Assembly: GCF_000981785.2 (NCBI RefSeq)
Contig: NZ_CP011304.1
Location: forward strand, 150,001-182,000
Source of the DNA: Microcystis aeruginosa NIES-2549
GTDB lineage: Bacteria > Cyanobacteriota > Cyanobacteriia > Cyanobacteriales > Microcystaceae
Direction of reading: 5' to 3'
Length of the DNA stretch: 32,000 nt
A program made the position numbers and the translations under genes. The notes beneath the pieces were generated by a model that saw nothing but the letters and a program-made list of their open reading frames with translations, searched no databases and was not told where the DNA came from. Of the stretch, positions 16,033-24,955 are shown in pieces (position 1 is the first letter of the stretch; every line of letters starts with the position of its first letter).

Positions 16033-16407
16033 TTAGGGATAATAGGTGCATCCAGAGGTACAGGTTTCGCAGATTTCGACGGCATGAAGGTTGGGTAAAC
16101 CAGCTTTTGCCAATTTTTCATAGATCCAGCGCGATAATTCTTCACTGGTGGGATTTTCTAAACCAGTGGTTTCATTGAGATAATGATGGTCGAGAAAATT
16201 ATCGAGTAACGGCTGTAAATATTGTTTAATTTCGCCAAAATCCATCACCATTCCCTGTTGTGAGCCTTGGGACTGTAAATGATTACTTTTCACATAGACG
16301 CGCCCCAGCCAACTATGACCGTGGAGACGGCGGCATTTACCTTCATAATGGGGTAAATGATGGGCTGCTTCAAAGCGAAATTCTTTGTAAATAATCCATT
16401 CTGCCAT
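16033..16407 (-). CDS. queD: 6-carboxy-5,6,7,8-tetrahydropterin synthase (QueD / PTPS family)
   Basis: FRFEAAHHLP, CRRLHGHSW and a C-terminal E..CTS motif. 124 aa. Confidence 0.88.
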   Translation of the reverse strand: MAEWIIYKEFRFEAAHHLPHYEGKCRRLHGHSWLGRVYVKSNHLQSQGSQQGMVMDFGEIKQYLQPLLDNFLDHHYLNETTGLENPTSEELSRWIYEKLAKAGLPNLHAVEICETCTSGCTYYP

Positions 16408-16546
16408 GGTTAATCGGTCGATACTATCGGTTAGATCTGGTTTATTTATTTCGCCACCGATAGTTATCCATAATATGGACGAATTAAGGGTTTTAGGGTC
16501 TTGTTTCGGGAAACAGGTGCAAGATTTTGAGTCCTGTAGGGGTGAA

Positions 16547-16616
16547 GTATTCAGGCATAACCTATCGCTGAGACCGTAGATTTCCTATCCGAATGCTTCG
16601 CCCCTAACTTTTCAGC
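16547..16616. repeat. 70-bp element with 16-bp inverted termini (taggggtgaagtattc / gaatgcttcgccccta)
   Basis: The inverted repeat has 2 mismatches, both G-U compatible. A solo family A TIR-like ttcagcataccc follows at 16621-16632. Confidence 0.55.
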
Positions 16617-16858
16617 ATACCCTACATAGCTTAAAAATTCTCGGTGACTCAATTGGCTTTGAGCTAAATCTGCTTGTAGGGGCAGCGATAACCGATAATC
16701 AGCGCGGAGACTGAAGAAGGCTCCGATTCCCGCTTAATAATCATTGACGAACAGTCTCTAAAGGTGTTAGCGGTAACAGCAGCTACCCAATTTTTTCTGG
16801 TATTTGCTATGCTGATTGTTAACAATTTGTAATCTTTGGGAAATTTCCTTAATACTGC

Positions 16859-17542
16859 ATGGTCGTTTCTGCTACAATTCCACCCCTAGCTCAAGATACC
16901 CTCGCCCTGAAAGCGGTGTGGGCAAATATTGGCTATGATAGTTGTCCCCACCATTACAATTTCCATCTTCACACCCATTGTTCCGATGGTCAAATGAGTC
17001 CCCAGAACTTGATGACACAAGCGTTAGATATCGGACTAAAAGGATTAGCAATTACCGATCATCACTCGATCGAAGGTTATCGACAAGCCCAAATTTGGCT
17101 GGAAAATCAGCATTTAAAGAGTTCTCTACCCCATCTCTGGACAGGGGTAGAAATTACGGCGAATCTCTTAGAGACAGAAGTGCATATTCTTGGCTATGGT
17201 TTCGATCCCGCTCATGCCGTCTTGACTCCCTATCTGCAAAGAACCAAACCAGAAGGAGATCTGGCTTTAGCCTCTAGAGTCATTAACAGTTTACAGCAAG
17301 CGGGGGCCTTAGTGGTTCTGGCCCATCCCTTTCGTTACCATCGCCCCGCGGCCGATTTAGTGGCGGCGGCGGTAGAATTGGGTATTGATGGTATTGAGGC
17401 TTTTTATGCCTACGGCAATCCCAAACCCTGGCTACCCAGTCAACGGGAAACAGAACAAGCTCTCGCGCTTAGTCGTCAATATCAATTATTCGCCACCTGT
17501 AGCACCGATTCCCACGGTAAATCTTTATTACAGCGCATTTAG
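16859..17542 (+). CDS. PHP-domain metal-dependent phosphoesterase
   Basis: FHLHTHCSDG and ITDHHS motifs, plus a C-terminal DSHG. Confidence 0.85.
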   Translation: MVVSATIPPLAQDTLALKAVWANIGYDSCPHHYNFHLHTHCSDGQMSPQNLMTQALDIGLKGLAITDHHSIEGYRQAQIWLENQHLKSSLPHLWTGVEITANLLETEVHILGYGFDPAHAVLTPYLQRTKPEGDLALASRVINSLQQAGALVVLAHPFRYHRPAADLVAAAVELGIDGIEAFYAYGNPKPWLPSQRETEQALALSRQYQLFATCSTDSHGKSLLQRI

Positions 17543-17584
17543 CCTGATCGCGGGATTAACTGTAAAATACTTAAATTGACTAAA

Positions 17585-17617
17585 CTCGATCCTTTCTCGA
17601 TCGAGTGTTGGTTTTTT
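17585..17617 (+). terminator. Possible terminator after the PHP gene
   Basis: Stem ctcgatc (17585-17591) pairs with gatcgag (17599-17605). A T6 run at 17612-17617 follows after a 6-nt gap. Confidence 0.4.
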
Positions 17618-17626
17618 ATGGCCGTT

Positions 17627-17748
17627 GATCAGTGATCAGTAATCAGTAACCAGTGAAAGAGCCTAAATTTGTTGAAAATTGAAAACCTAAACCTGATAAC
17701 TTAAAACTTAAACCTGATCACTGATAACTGATAACTGATAACTGAATA
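17627..17748. repeat. Two mutually inverted heptamer arrays (RAYCAGT x4 ... CTGATAA x4-5)
   Basis: Array 17627-17654 (gatcagt gatcagt aatcagt aaccagt) and array 17714-17748 (ctgatca ctgataa x3 ...). The units are reverse-complement related. Confidence 0.8.
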
Positions 17749-17757
17749 ACCCCCTGA

Positions 17758-19656
17758 ATGAAAGATTTATTCCTTTACACTTGCTGGTTAATTCCCATTT
17801 ATGGCTTAATTGGTTCGATTTTAACCCTACCTTGGTCTTTAGGTATTATTAGTCGCACCGGTCCGCGGCCGGCGGCTTATATTAACCTATTGATGACCGT
17901 CTTAGGGTTAATACACGGATCGATCGCTTTTAATCAAATTTGGCATCGAGAGACAATTAAACTGGCTTTTGAATGGGTAAAAGTGGCCGATCTTAGTTTA
18001 TCTCTTTCGATCGAACTTTCTCCCGTCAGTTTGGGGACGTTGGAACTGATTACCCTCATCAGTCTCTTGGCCCAAATCTATGCCCTTGGCTACATGGAAA
18101 AGGATTGGTCTTTGGCGAGATTTTATGGCTTAATGGGCTTTTTTGAGGCAGCTTTAGGGGGAATTGCCCTTAGTGACTCCCTACTATTCAGTTACGCTTT
18201 CCTAGAGATGTTAACGGTCTCTACCTATCTCCTCGTCGGTTTTTGGTATGCTCAACCTTTGGTCGTAACTGCGGCCCGAGATGCCTTTTTAACCAAGCGC
18301 GTCGGCGATATTATTTTATTGATGGGTTTGGTGGCTCTGTCCAGTTACGGAGAGGGATTGAGTTTTTCTCAGTTAGAAAATTGGGCGGTAAATAACCCTG
18401 TACCGCCTCTGACGGCGACTTTGTTAGGATTAGCCCTTATTGCTGGTCCAACGGGTAAATGCGCCCAATTTCCCCTGAATTTGTGGCTAGATGAGGCGAT
18501 GGAGGGACCAAATCCAGCCGGAATCATGCGGAATTCGATCGTGGTTTCGGCGGGGGCCTATGTTTTAATTAAGCTGCAGCCGGTGTTTACCCTATCTCCG
18601 ATCGCTGCCAATGTTTTAATAGTGTTGGGGACAATGACGGCCATTGGTACTTCTTTGATGGCCTTGTCCCAAATTGATATTAAACGCGCTTTATCCCACT
18701 CCACCAGTGCCTATCTCGGTTTGGTCTTTGTGGCGGTGGGATTAGGTCATGTGGATATCGCTTTACTAATTTTATTCTCCCATGCGGTGGCAAAAGCCTT
18801 ATTGTTTATGAGCGCAGGAGCGTTAATTCTCACCACCAGTAACCAAAATATCACGGAAATGGGGGGAATTTGGGCAAGAATGCCGGCTACAACCATGGCT
18901 TTTTTAGGAGGTTCCGCAGGGATGACGGTGTTAATGCCCCTAGGGATGTTTTGGACGTTAAAACGGTGGTTAAGTGGCGAATGGGCGATTCCTTGGTGGT
19001 TATTAGCGGTTTTAATCTTTGTTAATTGTCTTAGCATCATCAATCTTACTCGGGTCTTTCGTTTAGTCTTTTTGGGACAAACCCAAAGTAAAACCCATCG
19101 CACCCCGGAAGTGGCTTGGCCAATGGCTTTGCCGATGGTAGCATTGATTTTAATCGTTTTATTGGCCCCGATTATTCCCCTACGTTGGGATTTTTGGCTA
19201 TCTTTCACCAATCCCCTCCTTAATAACCGGAGTTTCACTATTGTCTGGGGTTTTCCCTTACTGATGGCCTCTGGGGTAATTGGCCTAGTTATCGGGTTAA
19301 TGGTAGAGTTAAGACGAGCTTGGGCGAGACCAACTGGGTTAATCCTGCGATTCCTGCAAGATTTGTTTGCTTATGACTTCTATCTCGATCGCATCTATCA
19401 GTTTACCGTGGTTTTAGCGGTGGGCAGCTTGTCAAAAATTACCACTTGGCTCGATCGTTATATTGTTGATGGTCTGGTTAATTTAGTCAGTTTAGCGACG
19501 ATTTTTAGCGGCAGTGCCTTAAAATATAATGTTTCCGGTCAATCGCAATTTTATGTCTTGACTATTCTCTTCGGAATAGGGGGATTAATCTGGCTCTTAT
19601 TAAACGGTCAATGGTCACTGATAACTAATTATTGGTCATCCCTTTTGACTCATTGA
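17758..19656 (+). CDS. ndhF: NAD(P)H-quinone oxidoreductase subunit 5 / NdhF, CO2-uptake (NdhF3/F4-like) type
   Basis: 632 aa and polytopic. It carries the antiporter-like motifs FFEAALGG, LLVGFWY..P....AA.DAFLTKRVGD and WLDEAMEGP. The N-terminus resembles NdhF3/F4 rather than NdhF1, but that subtype call is from memory. Confidence 0.85.
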   Translation: MKDLFLYTCWLIPIYGLIGSILTLPWSLGIISRTGPRPAAYINLLMTVLGLIHGSIAFNQIWHRETIKLAFEWVKVADLSLSLSIELSPVSLGTLELITLISLLAQIYALGYMEKDWSLARFYGLMGFFEAALGGIALSDSLLFSYAFLEMLTVSTYLLVGFWYAQPLVVTAARDAFLTKRVGDIILLMGLVALSSYGEGLSFSQLENWAVNNPVPPLTATLLGLALIAGPTGKCAQFPLNLWLDEAMEGPNPAGIMRNSIVVSAGAYVLIKLQPVFTLSPIAANVLIVLGTMTAIGTSLMALSQIDIKRALSHSTSAYLGLVFVAVGLGHVDIALLILFSHAVAKALLFMSAGALILTTSNQNITEMGGIWARMPATTMAFLGGSAGMTVLMPLGMFWTLKRWLSGEWAIPWWLLAVLIFVNCLSIINLTRVFRLVFLGQTQSKTHRTPEVAWPMALPMVALILIVLLAPIIPLRWDFWLSFTNPLLNNRSFTIVWGFPLLMASGVIGLVIGLMVELRRAWARPTGLILRFLQDLFAYDFYLDRIYQFTVVLAVGSLSKITTWLDRYIVDGLVNLVSLATIFSGSALKYNVSGQSQFYVLTILFGIGGLIWLLLNGQWSLITNYWSSLLTH

Positions 19657-19672
19657 ACCTCTGTGTATCGCT

Positions 19673-19699
19673 CCCTAGTCTTCCGGTCGCGGACTAGGG
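19673..19699 (+). terminator. Hairpin downstream of ndhF (ccctagtc-N11-gactaggg), with no U-tract
   Basis: 8-bp perfect stem starting 17 nt after the ndhF stop. Confidence 0.3.
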
Positions 19700-19764
19700 A
19701 AGAGGAAAGCAGCCTGGTGAATAGGCTCGACGGGGAAAAAATCTCCACACTTCGACAAGGCTCA

Positions 19765-19793
19765 GTGACCACTTGGTCTATTTGTGTTATAAT
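19765..19793 (+). promoter_or_regulatory. Putative promoter for tRNA-Thr (GTGACC, 17 nt spacer, TATAAT)
   Basis: Perfect -10 box at 19788-19793, 15 nt upstream of the tRNA 5' end. Confidence 0.45.
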
Positions 19794-19808
19794 GGGTTGG
19801 TAAAAAAT

Positions 19809-19880
19809 GCTGGTGTAGCTCAGTGGTAGAGCAGCTGATTTGTAATCAGCCGGTCGCGGGTTCAAATCCCATCACCAGCT
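19809..19880 (+). tRNA. tRNA-Thr (anticodon TGT)
   Basis: Manual cloverleaf. 7-bp acceptor stem GCTGGTG/CACCAGC. D-arm GCTC/GAGC. Anticodon stem GCTGA/TCAGC with loop TTTGTAA. T-loop TTCAAAT. One C-A mismatch in the T-stem. No encoded CCA. Confidence 0.9.
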
Positions 19881-19929
19881 TGTGGGAAAACCAACTGTTT
19901 TCAGTCCCTACAAGGCTTTGGTGGATCGG

Positions 19930-20169
19930 GTTGCGGCAAAGTCTATATAGGGTTTGCTGAATAATGGTAAAACCCTTTTAAAATAAGGCTTTTGACCTGT
20001 TAAAATCCGATGTTAGTGCTGCGAAAATCGGATTGGGGCCCTCAAAAACCTTGCATTATCCTCTTTATAGTACACAAACCAGTACAAAAAAAGCAGGGCA
20101 ACAAAGCCTGAAACTCCTGACTCCTGACTCCTGACTCCTAACCCCACCAATACACTTTTTCAGCAAAGT
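19930..20169. mobile_element. MITE, family A (TIR gggtttgctgaa / ttcagcaaagtc) with a 6-bp TSD tatata
   Basis: TSD copies at 19924-19929 and 20170-20175. Internal CTCCTGA x3-4 array at 20114-20141. The scaffold aligns in reverse orientation with 10534-10748. Confidence 0.75.
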
Positions 20170-20239
20170 CTATATACAATCTCTCAAAAAGCTGGTGTTG
20201 GTCTATCTTCAGATATTGATGCTACTGAGAAACTTACCT

Positions 20240-21127
20240 ATGACTAAAAGAGCTTTACTACTAATTAATCGTCACTCGCGCAAGGGTAAAGAAAACTTTG
20301 CTCAAACTGTCGAGCTGCTCAATCATTGGGATTTTGAAATTATCAGCGTCCCTTTGAAAAAGGTAGAAGATATACCTTTTTTGATGGAAAAATATCGCTA
20401 TGATATTGATTTAGTTATCGTCGGCGGTGGTGATGGGACTCTCAATGCTATGGCGGATATGTTGGTAGAAACTCAACTGCCCCTAGGCATTATACCTCTG
20501 GGAACGGCTAATGATTTGGCCCGGACTTTAGGGATACCGAATTCTATTGCCGAAGCCTGTCGAATTATTGCGGAAGGTAATTTAAAATATATCGATCTAG
20601 GTTGGGTAAATAATAAATACTTTTTCAACGTAGCTAGTTTAGGATTAAGTGTGAAAATTACCCAAAAACTGAACAAGGGTTTAAAGCGACGTTTGGGGAT
20701 TTTTGCCTACGCTTGGACAGCCTTACAGGTATTAAGTAAAACCCGTCCTTTTACCGCTATGATCCGTGTTGATGGCCAAAATATCAAAGTTAAAACCCTA
20801 CAAATAGCGATCGGAAATGGTCGTTATTATGGGGGAGGAATGCCGATCGCTCATGATGCCCAAATCGACGATCAAAGGTTAGATTTATATAGCCTAGAAA
20901 TTGAACACTGGTGGCAAATTTTCCCGCTTTTATGGACATTACCACGAGGACAACAGGGTTTATTATCTTGGGTGAGAACTCTTAAAGGGAAAGAAATTCA
21001 AATTCAGACTCGTAAACCCCATAGTATCAACACCGATGGCGAAATTACTAGCACTACTCCCGCCATGTTTCGGGTTATTCCGGCGGTTTTAGGGGTCTAT
21101 ATTCCCCGTCAGGAAACACAATCTTAA
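20240..21127 (+). CDS. Lipid kinase, YegS/BmrU/diacylglycerol-kinase catalytic-domain family
   Basis: LINRHSRKG and VIVGGGDGTLN motifs, plus GIIPLGTANDLAR. I prefer the ATG at 20240. Confidence 0.82.
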   Translation: MTKRALLLINRHSRKGKENFAQTVELLNHWDFEIISVPLKKVEDIPFLMEKYRYDIDLVIVGGGDGTLNAMADMLVETQLPLGIIPLGTANDLARTLGIPNSIAEACRIIAEGNLKYIDLGWVNNKYFFNVASLGLSVKITQKLNKGLKRRLGIFAYAWTALQVLSKTRPFTAMIRVDGQNIKVKTLQIAIGNGRYYGGGMPIAHDAQIDDQRLDLYSLEIEHWWQIFPLLWTLPRGQQGLLSWVRTLKGKEIQIQTRKPHSINTDGEITSTTPAMFRVIPAVLGVYIPRQETQS

Positions 21128-21129
21128 AA

Positions 21130-22203
21130 TTAACGAAAAGGAGGAGAATACAATAAACCCCCCTTTGTCCAAAGATTATTTAAACCTCGATCGAGTTGCA
21201 GGGGTTTACCGATTTCACGATCATAAATTTCACCGTAATTACCCACCTGTTTTAAGACTCTTTGGGCAAAATCATTGGGTAAACCCATATCTTCGCCTAA
21301 CTTCTCATCAATACCCAAAAAGCGCCGAATACTGGGGTCTTTGCTATCGGCAAAAGTGGCAATATTTTGGGAGTTAATCCCGAATTCTTCCCCTTGAATT
21401 AAACTAAAAACGATCGAGCGGACGGCATTCGACCAAGGGGGATCACCATCGGCCACGGCCGGGGCCAAGGGTTCCTTTGATATTACCACTTCTAATAATT
21501 GATGATCCTGTGGTCGGGGAAAAACCGAGCGCCGGGCCACCAATTGGGAGCGATCGGAGGTGACAGCCTGACAGCGCCCCGCCTGATAAGCTGTATATAA
21601 AGCCTCCACATCATCGGAAACGATCGGTTTATAACCTTGCACTGCCGCTTTTGCCATGGCATCGGCCAGATTTTGTTCCGTGGTGGTTCCCGATAGCACA
21701 CAAATGGACTTTCCGCTTAAATCTTCTAATTTCTTAATATTACTGGCTTTTGTGGCCATAATTCCCTGACCATCATAGAAAACCGGGGTGATAAACTCCA
21801 TCCCCAGGGCGGTATCCCGGTTAACCGTCCAGGTGGTGTTGCGACTGAGGATATCCACTTCTCCCGTCTGTACGGCAGTAAATCTCTCTTGAGGGCTAAG
21901 TTTACGATATTCGACTTTGGAGGGATCATTAAAGAGAGCCGCCGCAATAGCTCGGCAAATTTGCACATCTAAGCCCGAATATTCGCCTTTTTCATTAACA
22001 AAGCTAAACCCCGGCACTTCTCCGTTAATGCCACAAATTAACTTACCGCGATTTTTCACCGTTTGCAAGCGGCCCGCATCGGGACTATTGGCAGTGGTAG
22101 AACTAGAATTGGGTTGATTTTCTGTCCCACAGGCAGTAATTAGCAGTAACAGCAGGGACAATGCACAAAAACGCCACTTTAGCATAGATATTTCTTTAGT
22201 CAC
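21130..22203 (-). CDS. Amino-acid ABC transporter substrate-binding lipoprotein (AapJ/BztA-like)
   Basis: Lipobox LLITACG. Family 3 solute-binding sequence (GKLICGINGEVPGFSF...GLDVQICRAIAAA...). The start could instead be 22185. Confidence 0.82.
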   Translation of the reverse strand: MTKEISMLKWRFCALSLLLLLITACGTENQPNSSSTTANSPDAGRLQTVKNRGKLICGINGEVPGFSFVNEKGEYSGLDVQICRAIAAALFNDPSKVEYRKLSPQERFTAVQTGEVDILSRNTTWTVNRDTALGMEFITPVFYDGQGIMATKASNIKKLEDLSGKSICVLSGTTTEQNLADAMAKAAVQGYKPIVSDDVEALYTAYQAGRCQAVTSDRSQLVARRSVFPRPQDHQLLEVVISKEPLAPAVADGDPPWSNAVRSIVFSLIQGEEFGINSQNIATFADSKDPSIRRFLGIDEKLGEDMGLPNDFAQRVLKQVGNYGEIYDREIGKPLQLDRGLNNLWTKGGLLYSPPFR

Positions 22204-22209
22204 TTAATT

Positions 22210-22950
22210 TTAGCTGAAAGACCAGAACAAGCTTAACAGTATAGCCACGATCGCACCGATAACCGTATTGATCACATTGACCAATTCATTAGTTAACCAC
22301 AGAAAGCGAGTTTGTAGGGTAGCACCGATGAGACTTTCGATATTGGTGGCGATAAATGCCGCAATTACGCACCATAACACACCAAGAAGATCGATCGCAC
22401 CAATACCCCATGCTAACAGGGAAATAGCCGTGGCTGCCAGCAAACCGGCGAACGTTCCCTCTAAACTAACAGCCCCTTCTGTTCCCCGGGGGACGGATTT
22501 AAAATTAGTGATTAGATAAGTAGTTTTACCGTAAGCTTTGCCCACCTCACTGGCAGTAGTATCGGCTAATTTGGTGCTAAAACTAGCCACATAAGCGAGT
22601 CTTAAGAGGTAATCCCAGGGAGAAGCGGCAAAAAGACTGAGGATAGCGCAAATTGCCCCCGCTAAAGCGGAACCCCAGACATTTTCAGGACCGCGCACCC
22701 CCGCTCTTTTTTCGGCAATTCCCTCTGCTTCCTTGCGAGCTAACCCGATGCGGGTGACAGTAGAACCGACGAGGAAATAGAATAAAACAATTAGATAACC
22801 GCGCCATCCCAAGCTTCCCCAGACAATCACCCCTAAAAACCAAGCATGGAGATAACCCATCGGAGTTAAGAGCTTTTTTGGGGCAATTGCAGCGATTCCG
22901 AGCAGCACGGTATTGAGAAGAATAGCGACGAGCCAAGGATTAGTTAACAT
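22210..22950 (-). CDS. TIGR00297/DUF92 family integral membrane protein (the family that includes phytyl-phosphate kinase VTE6)
   Basis: Polytopic. The family assignment rests on overall pattern recall (KRAGVRGPENVWGSALAG..., GAVSLEGT). I prefer the ATG at 22950. Confidence 0.6.
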   Translation of the reverse strand: MLTNPWLVAILLNTVLLGIAAIAPKKLLTPMGYLHAWFLGVIVWGSLGWRGYLIVLFYFLVGSTVTRIGLARKEAEGIAEKRAGVRGPENVWGSALAGAICAILSLFAASPWDYLLRLAYVASFSTKLADTTASEVGKAYGKTTYLITNFKSVPRGTEGAVSLEGTFAGLLAATAISLLAWGIGAIDLLGVLWCVIAAFIATNIESLIGATLQTRFLWLTNELVNVINTVIGAIVAILLSLFWSFS

Positions 22951-22995
22951 AGTATCTGGGCAAAGTTTACCTCCCCTATTGTATCGATCGAGTCG

Positions 22996-23700
22996 ATGAA
23001 AACTAATCAACCTTATCAACCTCTTTTACTGCGAATTCTGCACGGATTAACAGGAATTGCTCTCATTGCCGCCATGGTTACGGCCTATTGGACCTATGAT
23101 ACTTTTGACGGTCGTTGGTTAAAACTGCCTTTACCAGAATATCGAGAAATTGAAAGTATTCATGGCACTTTTGGCCTCTATACTCTGATTATCTTTCCCG
23201 TTTTTGCTATCTATGCTTTTCGTCGGGGCAACAAAAGATTAATTCAAAGTGATTCTCTTAACAAATTAACCCAATTTGGTAAGCCGATTTGGTGGTATAG
23301 TCTCCATCGTTTAGTCAATACTTTGATTCTTTTTGCCCTAACTTTTGCCTTGTATAGTGGTCGGATGATGGATTCCGAATGGCTACCAGAAGGGGAATTA
23401 AATCACTTTTGGTATTATGCCCATTTGCTCAGTTGGTTAATTATGGCAGTAAGTCTGATCCTGCACCTGCTCATGACTGCTAAAGTGGGAGGGATTCCCC
23501 TGTTATTATCTATTCTTAAATGGCGTTTTCGTGAACAAGATAATCCGAAATTATGGTTATCTCAATTACGTCAATGGCGGTTAAATTTGCGTCTAGCTAA
23601 TACTTTGCAGTGGCTACAATCTCTTAACTTATATAAAATCTTAGAAATTGTTGTTTTATTGGGTATTATAGCGGCTTGGATTGTTCCCAAGTTTGACTAA
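22996..23700 (+). CDS. Membrane protein with conserved His in four TM helices (cytochrome b561-like / Ni_hydr_CYTB-like, tentative)
   Basis: LRILHGLTG, IHGTFG, LHRLVN and AHLL...LHLL lie in predicted helices. No stronger evidence. Confidence 0.45.
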   Translation: MKTNQPYQPLLLRILHGLTGIALIAAMVTAYWTYDTFDGRWLKLPLPEYREIESIHGTFGLYTLIIFPVFAIYAFRRGNKRLIQSDSLNKLTQFGKPIWWYSLHRLVNTLILFALTFALYSGRMMDSEWLPEGELNHFWYYAHLLSWLIMAVSLILHLLMTAKVGGIPLLLSILKWRFREQDNPKLWLSQLRQWRLNLRLANTLQWLQSLNLYKILEIVVLLGIIAAWIVPKFD

Positions 23701-23801
23701 GCTGTACTGTATTTAAACTGCGTATTGGGAATTTTAGTACAAATGCTCGAATTCCCTGCTATCCTCCTCTCCTATACCTTTTAAACAGGATTTATTATGA
23801 T

Positions 23802-24419
23802 TTATTGACCCCGACGAGCGAGAATAATCATCGTCTTTGCTAAGGGAGCAATACGACCAATACGATAGATTTTCTCTACCGATAAATTAGCTTCTGTTAA
23901 CAGTTTTGTGATAGTTTTGACAGACCAGAATTTAATATGTCCGTGATCCCAAAGAGCGGTAAAATGATCGTCCATCTTACCCGTAGCCGCTAGGGCTAAA
24001 TTTTTGAGATAACTATGATAGGGAGTGGAGATCAGCGCATATCCCCCCGGTTGCAGCAGATTATAAACGGTCTTAGCGTAATTGCGCGGGGCATAGACGT
24101 GTTCTACCACCTCCAAACTAATTAGCAGCGGAAAAGTGCCAAATTTACTAGCCAGATCATCATAGGCGGAGCCAACGTATAGATCAAGTTCAGGATAGGC
24201 TTTTTTTGCCTCTGCTATCCCCGATTCGGAAGGATCGCAGCCACTGACTTGAAATCCTTTTTCTGATAACCAATTAGCGATCGAACCGTTGCCACAACCG
24301 AGATCAAAAATACGCTTTTCAGGAGGAGCAAGATCGGCAAAAATCTGACTCAGAGAGGGTAGCAAATAAGCGTGGGCAGTCCCACAGCAAGAATTTTGAT
24401 AATGATAATAATCTGACAT
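23802..24419 (-). CDS. Class I SAM-dependent methyltransferase
   Basis: Motif I IFDLGCGNG, then an acidic post-I residue (GCDPS) and LISLEVVEHV. Confidence 0.82.
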   Translation of the reverse strand: MSDYYHYQNSCCGTAHAYLLPSLSQIFADLAPPEKRIFDLGCGNGSIANWLSEKGFQVSGCDPSESGIAEAKKAYPELDLYVGSAYDDLASKFGTFPLLISLEVVEHVYAPRNYAKTVYNLLQPGGYALISTPYHSYLKNLALAATGKMDDHFTALWDHGHIKFWSVKTITKLLTEANLSVEKIYRIGRIAPLAKTMIILARRGQ

Positions 24420-24594
24420 ATTTTAAAATAGTTAATATGTAAGTATTTTTCGTGGTATAACCACTATCGCAGGGTAATACAAAAAGTAACTTTTGTCAAG
24501 GGTTTGGTGAAATTTATTCTTACAGCCCATTGATACGAACTGTTATACTATTTTATCAATATATTGCATATACTATTATCCATGGACATCTTGC

Positions 24595-24625
24595 AAAAAT
24601 TAAAAACCTTCTCCTAGGCGAGAAG
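24595..24625 (-). terminator. Rho-independent terminator after the ferredoxin-like gene
   Basis: Stem cttctc (24608-24613) pairs with gagaag (24620-24625). The A-rich run at 24595-24606 gives a U-tract on the minus strand. Confidence 0.5.
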
Positions 24626-24706
24626 TCTCCGAGCCATTATTCTCCTAGTTAGAAGTCGTAAACTTAACAGTAATACCCGAATTCTGTTATCAGAAAACTT
24701 TAACAA

Positions 24707-24946
24707 CTACCAGAGGGGATCGGAGTATAAATGAACGGTTAAAGAATCTCGATCGCCGGGGATACCGGTAATACAACTACAAATTTGAGTGCCATCATCT
24801 AATTCTACCTCGCAAGCGTGACAGGAACCCATTAAACAGCCGGTAGGAATGTCAATTCCTGCTTTTTTGGCCACGTCTAATAATAGTTCTCCCGTTTCCG
24901 CTTCTATGATAATATCATCGGGTAAAAAACGCACTGCAATAGTCAT
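24707..24946 (-). CDS. Small [2Fe-2S] ferredoxin-like protein
   Basis: 79 aa with a GCLMGSCHACEV...CSC cysteine pattern. It starts 9 bp after the cobQ stop and is probably co-transcribed. Confidence 0.7.
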   Translation of the reverse strand: MTIAVRFLPDDIIIEAETGELLLDVAKKAGIDIPTGCLMGSCHACEVELDDGTQICSCITGIPGDRDSLTVHLYSDPLW

Positions 24947-24955
24947 AATTTCTCC

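Noticed and set aside
16408-16500. preQ1 riboswitch upstream of queD, and a cobalamin riboswitch upstream of cobQ (26432-26608)
   Set aside because: I read both leaders on the gene strand and found no preQ1-I consensus and no B12-box-like sequence. The cobQ upstream region is made up of MITE and heptamer modules.
19650-19865. 71-aa minus-strand ORF
   Set aside because: It runs antisense through tRNA-Thr and its promoter and has no coding signal.
19809-19880. tRNA-Thr as a pseudogene, because of a C-A mismatch in the T-stem
   Set aside because: All other stems, the anticodon loop and the T-loop are canonical, and a good promoter precedes it. A single T-stem mismatch is tolerable.
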